From: an uncultured bacterium
Lineage (GTDB): Bacteria; Cyanobacteriota; Vampirovibrionia; Gastranaerophilales; Gastranaerophilaceae
Assembly (NCBI GenBank): GCA_946622415.1
Contig: CAMOPX010000006.1
Coordinates: 3,693-67,692, forward strand
Direction: 5' to 3'
Length of the DNA stretch: 64,000 nt
Part shown: positions 59,920 to 64,000 of the stretch, piece after piece
How positions within the stretch are numbered: the first letter of the stretch is position 1
Layout of the letters: each line of letters opens with the position of its first letter
Notes under the pieces: generated by a model
What the model was told of the DNA's origin: nothing
The model's input: only the letters and a program-made list of their open reading frames with translations
Databases searched by the model: none
Program-made: the position numbers and the translations under genes

Positions 59920-61014
59920 TTAGTTATTAGTGCCTATTCTGCGATATCCATAGATATAAATATTCGTCGCTAACAATTGGGCTCCCGTAATTTGGCTATA
60001 AATTGTTCTTTTTGCATTTGTACCCACTCCGACAGGTAAAATTCCAACAGAGCATCCTACTTTTGAATAGCTTGTTACACGATTGTATAGTTGAAAATTG
60101 CCACTGCCCACAAAATGGTTTGTAACAGGATTTGGAGTCGTACCAATCGCAAATTCAGCATTTCCTGATTCGTACACGCCATCTAAATATACAAAAATTT
60201 CATAAGCCTGATTGTCATTAGGCAAATAGCTGCTTAAATCATGGGTATAAGAATTTACCAGTACTGTTGTAGATAAATTTGCAAATTTTGGCTTCCATTG
60301 ACCGTCTAAAACATATTTTCCATCAGCAGAAATATTTGACAGGGATGTATTAGCCTTATTTTGAGAAACAGATTCAATGCTTTCTGCCAGCGTATCTATG
60401 GAATTAAATTTTTGGACAATTGTATCAAATCTTCCGTTTATAGTGGCTATGCTTTCGTAATAATCTTCTATATTATTGAAATAATCCGAAACATCATTTA
60501 AAATCCCGTTTGTCTGTAAGGCAATTTCATTTATTCTCTCTATCAATTCATTTGGTGTATATTCGGAACATTCTTCCGCCTTCACACACAACGACATTTG
60601 CCTTGATAAAATTTGGATTAATCTGGTTAAATAATCAAAAGAATATTCTAAAGCTTCAAGATTCAATAACGAGCTGTTATTGTATTGTGTTTCTTGAGCA
60701 ATAGGCAAAGATAATTCAATAGATAAACTTTCATCCTCTGCAAGAACCGAATAACTTGAACCTTGCAAAGGAAAAGTAATAAAGCTGCCGTTTTTGTTTT
60801 TCACTTCATTAATGGAATAATCAATATTTAAAGAAAGAAGTGTTTTAATATTGTTTGAATCATAATGATAGACTTTTAATTGAGATATCGTATCTATATA
60901 AAAATCAAAATCAAACGTTGTTGAACTGTTGTTCCCTTTGTAATTATTTACGGGTAATATATCGTGTATCAAAGCTGTTTCCTTTCGTATAATAAAATAA
61001 TTTAAAATCTTCAC
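59920..61014 (-). CDS. Phage tail fibre / receptor-binding protein
   Basis: 364 aa. The N-terminus follows the common tail-fibre anchor pattern (Y.G.....F.F.F........V). It also has a central coiled coil and a C-terminal beta-rich knob. The GTG start overlaps the upstream gene by 71 nt; an alternative TTG at 60972 has SD aaggaaa. Confidence 0.6.
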   Translation of the reverse strand: MKILNYFIIRKETALIHDILPVNNYKGNNSSTTFDFDFYIDTISQLKVYHYDSNNIKTLLSLNIDYSINEVKNKNGSFITFPLQGSSYSVLAEDESLSIELSLPIAQETQYNNSSLLNLEALEYSFDYLTRLIQILSRQMSLCVKAEECSEYTPNELIERINEIALQTNGILNDVSDYFNNIEDYYESIATINGRFDTIVQKFNSIDTLAESIESVSQNKANTSLSNISADGKYVLDGQWKPKFANLSTTVLVNSYTHDLSSYLPNDNQAYEIFVYLDGVYESGNAEFAIGTTPNPVTNHFVGSGNFQLYNRVTSYSKVGCSVGILPVGVGTNAKRTIYSQITGAQLLATNIYIYGYRRIGTNN

Positions 61015-61417
61015 AAGTTAAATCAACTATTCTGAACCCCAAAGCCGATAGCAGCTTCAGGGAATCATAGTTTGATTTATAAATATAATTGAACATAGAT
61101 GAGCATTTTTCTTTGTATTTATCAACTTTTGCTTTTATGTATTTATAAAGCTCATATTTATTGTTTTTCACTTCATTTGTGCAAAGAAGCCACACTAAAA
61201 AAATATTGTTATCGTTATATTTATGAAAACCACCCAATGCTAAGGGTTTGCCGCTATCGCTTCCGATAAAATATGTGTTTTTAGTGTTTTTAACAGTTTG
61301 AATAAATTTTTTTCTCAATTTTTTTCCAAAATGATAAAAAAGTTCGTCTCTATCGGATTTTCTGATGTCGTTTAAAAATTTATTCAAATTTTTCCTGTTT
61401 ATTAATAATTCAATCAT
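60944..61417 (-). CDS. Phage protein, GNAT-fold-like; occupies the T7 gp13 position after tail tubular B
   Basis: 157 aa. The C-terminal pattern N.....S..LL..LGF resembles small acetyltransferase-fold phage proteins. The assignment is by weak pattern match and synteny only. Confidence 0.3.
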   Translation of the reverse strand: MIELLINRKNLNKFLNDIRKSDRDELFYHFGKKLRKKFIQTVKNTKNTYFIGSDSGKPLALGGFHKYNDNNIFLVWLLCTNEVKNNKYELYKYIKAKVDKYKEKCSSMFNYIYKSNYDSLKLLSALGFRIVDLTCEDFKLFYYTKGNSFDTRYITRK

Positions 61418-63483
61418 GTATTCTCCGCCTCTTCTAAAGATACGGTTGATGTGATTGCGCTGACGGTTAAAGGCAGAGGGAATTTTTGAAATATGGTAAT
61501 ATTTTTTTCTGTTTTAGGTGTATTTAAAAGCGTAAATTCAACGCTTTTTGAAAAAAGTTTCGATGGAATATTAATGCTTTCATGGCTTCTTGCATTTTGA
61601 CAAACTGTTCCGTCATCATTTTTTATGAAAAAGTCCTCTCTTGAATTAATAATCTTGACATCTACTTTATTTACAATTTTTTTGATTCCGAGCGTTGAAA
61701 TATTTTCTATATTTAAGGTTTGCAATTCAAAAGTATAAGGGAGTCCGATTACAATATTTTGCGCAGGATAGGGAAAATTTATCGTGCCATCGTTGTTAAC
61801 TTCCATACCCTCAACAACCCCAAAATCCAAAAGACCGCAAACCGTTTCTCCTGCTAAATGTTCAAAACCGCTCACGTTTGAAACCTTATCCTCAAACACT
61901 CTTGATAGTGCAGAATCCAAGAAAAACGCGTTTTCAAGAGTTTTTATCGTTCTTGATTTCAATCTCTCTATATATCGAACTGTTTGGTTATTTATTTTTC
62001 TTTTAACCGTAAAATAGACAACATCTTCATTACCTTCTCTTATAGTCGCAACACTTTCAAATTCACCTTTTGTTATATGTGTATGCCATGCTGAAATTTT
62101 TTGACTCGGATTATAAGTAAGAGCGTTTACGGAACCGTCCGACATAACACACCATATAATCCTATTGGGTTCTTTTGAATATGCCATATCAACAATCTGC
62201 TTACCTTCAAATAAATGATTTGCAAGGATAGTTAATTCCTGCCCGTCATAAGAATCGGATAAGTAATTGTACCCCAAGTCCCTAACAATACTTCCGCCTA
62301 ATTGCACAAATACTACCATAGAACCGGAAACCACAGGTTTAATTTTAGAAGAACCGTAATAGGATTGAAGACTTGCTTTTGGTGCAGGATTTGCGCTGAA
62401 TACTTCATCTTTACCGTTTACCGCCCATTCCGCATTCGTCGACATAACAATCAAATCATCAAGAGGTAATAAGTGTTGAATTGAATTTGCAACATTATCA
62501 TATAATGACATACTTATTGAATCCGTTGCATTTAACGGCCTTGAAACGTTAAAATTATTATTCGTACCTGTTTGGCTCGCCCAAAGAGTCTGCGGATAGT
62601 TTTGTGATGAAGCATAAACTTTTCTTTGTTGATAATAACAAACACAAGAGGGATATTCGTTGTTCGTAAACGGATTAGAATAAACAGGTGCGCAAGAAGT
62701 TAAATCGGGTTCTATATTGTTATCAACAAAACTCGTGTTGCTTGTTGTCCCGACGTAACCATATATGCCATTTACCGCCCTATATACATTATATTCCTGT
62801 GCATTTTGAACGGCACCCCATCTTACTGTTATATATTCAGACGTTGTCCAATAGGCCTCTAAATGCCCCTTTACTTTTGCCTTTTCACTTCTTGTACTTT
62901 CTTCGTTTGTTGCAGTATCTACCGCCGTTACAACGTAATAGTAGTAAGTAGTATTTGAAGAAGTTGAGCCTGTATAAGAAGCTGTGACGTTGAGAGGCGC
63001 TGTTATTGCCGATCTAAAATCAATTGCGCTCAATTGCCATTGATTATGCTGTATTCTTGAAAGTTCATAAGGAGTATAGTTTTTATGCACAAGCGTGATT
63101 GTGTCTGCCTGTTGAACGTAATCAATTTCAAATAAATCAGCTTCTTGGTAAGGGGTTGTGATTTCATAAATTGTATTGTTGTTATTTAACACATATCCAC
63201 CATCTTTAATCACTCTTATATAATTTTCGCCGAATTCTAAAATATAATTTTGTTCCAAATTAAAAATAAAAGGTATAAGACGACATTTTTTGTTGTTAAA
63301 TTTAGTGTTTACCAAAAATTCAAGACCTGAACGATTTTGTACACATCCTTCCTGTAAAACCATTCCGTTTGTCAGATTTTTAACACCTAAAGAATACTGC
63401 TCCAAATCAACTCTGCCATCTAAAGACGGCGATAATATACCTTTTGAAAATGAATTTTGACACACTCTTACGCTCATCAGCAC
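61414..63483 (-). CDS. Podovirus tail tubular protein B-like structural protein
   Basis: 689 aa. The N-terminus QNSFSKGILSPSLDGRVDLEQY..G...L.N......G....R.G..F parallels T7 gp12 (QSIKNLKGGISQQPD...). Follows a gp11-like gene. Confidence 0.45.
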   Translation of the reverse strand: MLMSVRVCQNSFSKGILSPSLDGRVDLEQYSLGVKNLTNGMVLQEGCVQNRSGLEFLVNTKFNNKKCRLIPFIFNLEQNYILEFGENYIRVIKDGGYVLNNNNTIYEITTPYQEADLFEIDYVQQADTITLVHKNYTPYELSRIQHNQWQLSAIDFRSAITAPLNVTASYTGSTSSNTTYYYYVVTAVDTATNEESTRSEKAKVKGHLEAYWTTSEYITVRWGAVQNAQEYNVYRAVNGIYGYVGTTSNTSFVDNNIEPDLTSCAPVYSNPFTNNEYPSCVCYYQQRKVYASSQNYPQTLWASQTGTNNNFNVSRPLNATDSISMSLYDNVANSIQHLLPLDDLIVMSTNAEWAVNGKDEVFSANPAPKASLQSYYGSSKIKPVVSGSMVVFVQLGGSIVRDLGYNYLSDSYDGQELTILANHLFEGKQIVDMAYSKEPNRIIWCVMSDGSVNALTYNPSQKISAWHTHITKGEFESVATIREGNEDVVYFTVKRKINNQTVRYIERLKSRTIKTLENAFFLDSALSRVFEDKVSNVSGFEHLAGETVCGLLDFGVVEGMEVNNDGTINFPYPAQNIVIGLPYTFELQTLNIENISTLGIKKIVNKVDVKIINSREDFFIKNDDGTVCQNARSHESINIPSKLFSKSVEFTLLNTPKTEKNITIFQKFPLPLTVSAITSTVSLEEAENT

Positions 63484-64000
63484 CTCGAATCTATATATGT
63501 GGTATCGTCAACAAGATTTTCAGCACCCTCTGATGCGTTAATTAATTTTGCGTGTTTTAAAATCTGTCTGTATTTTTCATAAGCAAGCTCGCCTTTTTGC
63601 AGACTGCCGGATATAACATTAGATGTTAAAGACGCAAGATAGTAAGAAAGCGCCATTGTATATTCCGCCGAATAAAAAACTTCCTTATCTATTCTTTTTG
63701 TATATCTCAATACCGCATCTTCAGCATCGGTTAAAATTATTTTTGAACCATTTTCTAAAGCGTTAATTGAGAATTTTTTTAATACAAAATCATCTTTTGA
63801 AAAAACATCTCTTGCGCAAATACAATCATTCGGATAGTCATAACAGTATTTGTAACAGCTTTCTTCTATTCCTTCTCCGCAAAGAGAGAGCTTTTTAAAG
63901 CAGGAAGCAAAATTCCAATCAAAATCCTTCAAGACATAATCTCTTGCAAGTTCATAGTAATTATTCAAAAGAATTGCTCTATTGTCATCAAAGTCAGAAT
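63477..64000 (-). CDS. Podovirus tail tubular protein A-like protein (5' end outside window)
   Basis: The frame stays open upstream of the TTG at 63968 to the window edge. NRAILLNNYYELARDYVLKDFDWNFA parallels the T7 gp11 region [20 protein letters not shown]. Confidence 0.4.
   Translation of the reverse strand, partial: SDFDDNRAILLNNYYELARDYVLKDFDWNFASCFKKLSLCGEGIEESCYKYCYDYPNDCICARDVFSKDDFVLKKFSINALENGSKIILTDAEDAVLRYTKRIDKEVFYSAEYTMALSYYLASLTSNVISGSLQKGELAYEKYRQILKHAKLINASEGAENLVDDTTYIDSRC

Larger units (their letters stand above)
58534..64000 (-). mobile_element. Right-hand end of a podovirus-like prophage (tail and lysis modules), continuing beyond the window
   Basis: Eight co-oriented, tightly packed or overlapping genes: tail tubular A/B-like, tail fibre and M15 endolysin. 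The block ends at a strong terminator next to host genes. Confidence 0.7.

Overview
Visibly AT-rich bacterial chromosomal segment, densely coded, with no rRNA, tRNA or CRISPR array detected by eye. Left to right: tail of a UvrD-like helicase gene; a complete 9.2-kb pyrimidine operon (pyrK-pyrD-pyrE-pyrB-pyrC-pyrF-carA-carB) preceded by a terminator hairpin that abuts its RBS. Then a HydE-like radical SAM gene, a GT4 glycosyltransferase, yebC, a PiT-like membrane protein and a 627-aa degenerate RTX-like repeat protein. Then gyrB, cca, rsmE, a flagellin gene with a near-consensus sigma-28 promoter, ahcY, a 2-hydroxyacid dehydrogenase, deoC and a small ORF + ACT + UPF0210 cluster. A 378-bp highly self-complementary spacer follows, then a TolC-like OMF gene divergent from marR-emrA-emrB with a palindromic operator. 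Next come recG, radA, a 1026-aa Clp/FtsH chimera, birA fused in operon with the oadGAB Na+ pump, and three poorly characterised genes (two orphans plus an M49-like peptidase). Then an MFS transporter, maf, a TPR protein, glutaredoxin, a long minus-strand operon (GT2-like, tagA-like, split transketolase, ftsEX, HDOD), mlaE and a degenerate HD-GYP protein. From about 58.5 kb to the window edge lies the end of a podovirus-like prophage (tail tubular A/B-like genes, tail fibre, lysis cassette). Observations most worth follow-up: (1) the 1026-aa protein appears to have lost all ATPase motifs in both AAA+ modules but keeps the M41 zinc-protease ligands; (2) a recurrent TGn-TAnnAT-N6-start codon arrangement at eight or more operon-leading genes suggests widespread leaderless mRNAs; (3) a ~207-nt rod-like hairpin with a large central bubble (6S-RNA-like or MITE-like) sits in the 26.7-27.1 kb spacer. 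Gene content (flagellin, TolC-type efflux, HydE, oxaloacetate decarboxylase pump, split transketolase, solitary MlaE) fits a flagellated diderm fermenter. A Melainabacteria/Gastranaerophilales-like origin is plausible but is only an inference.
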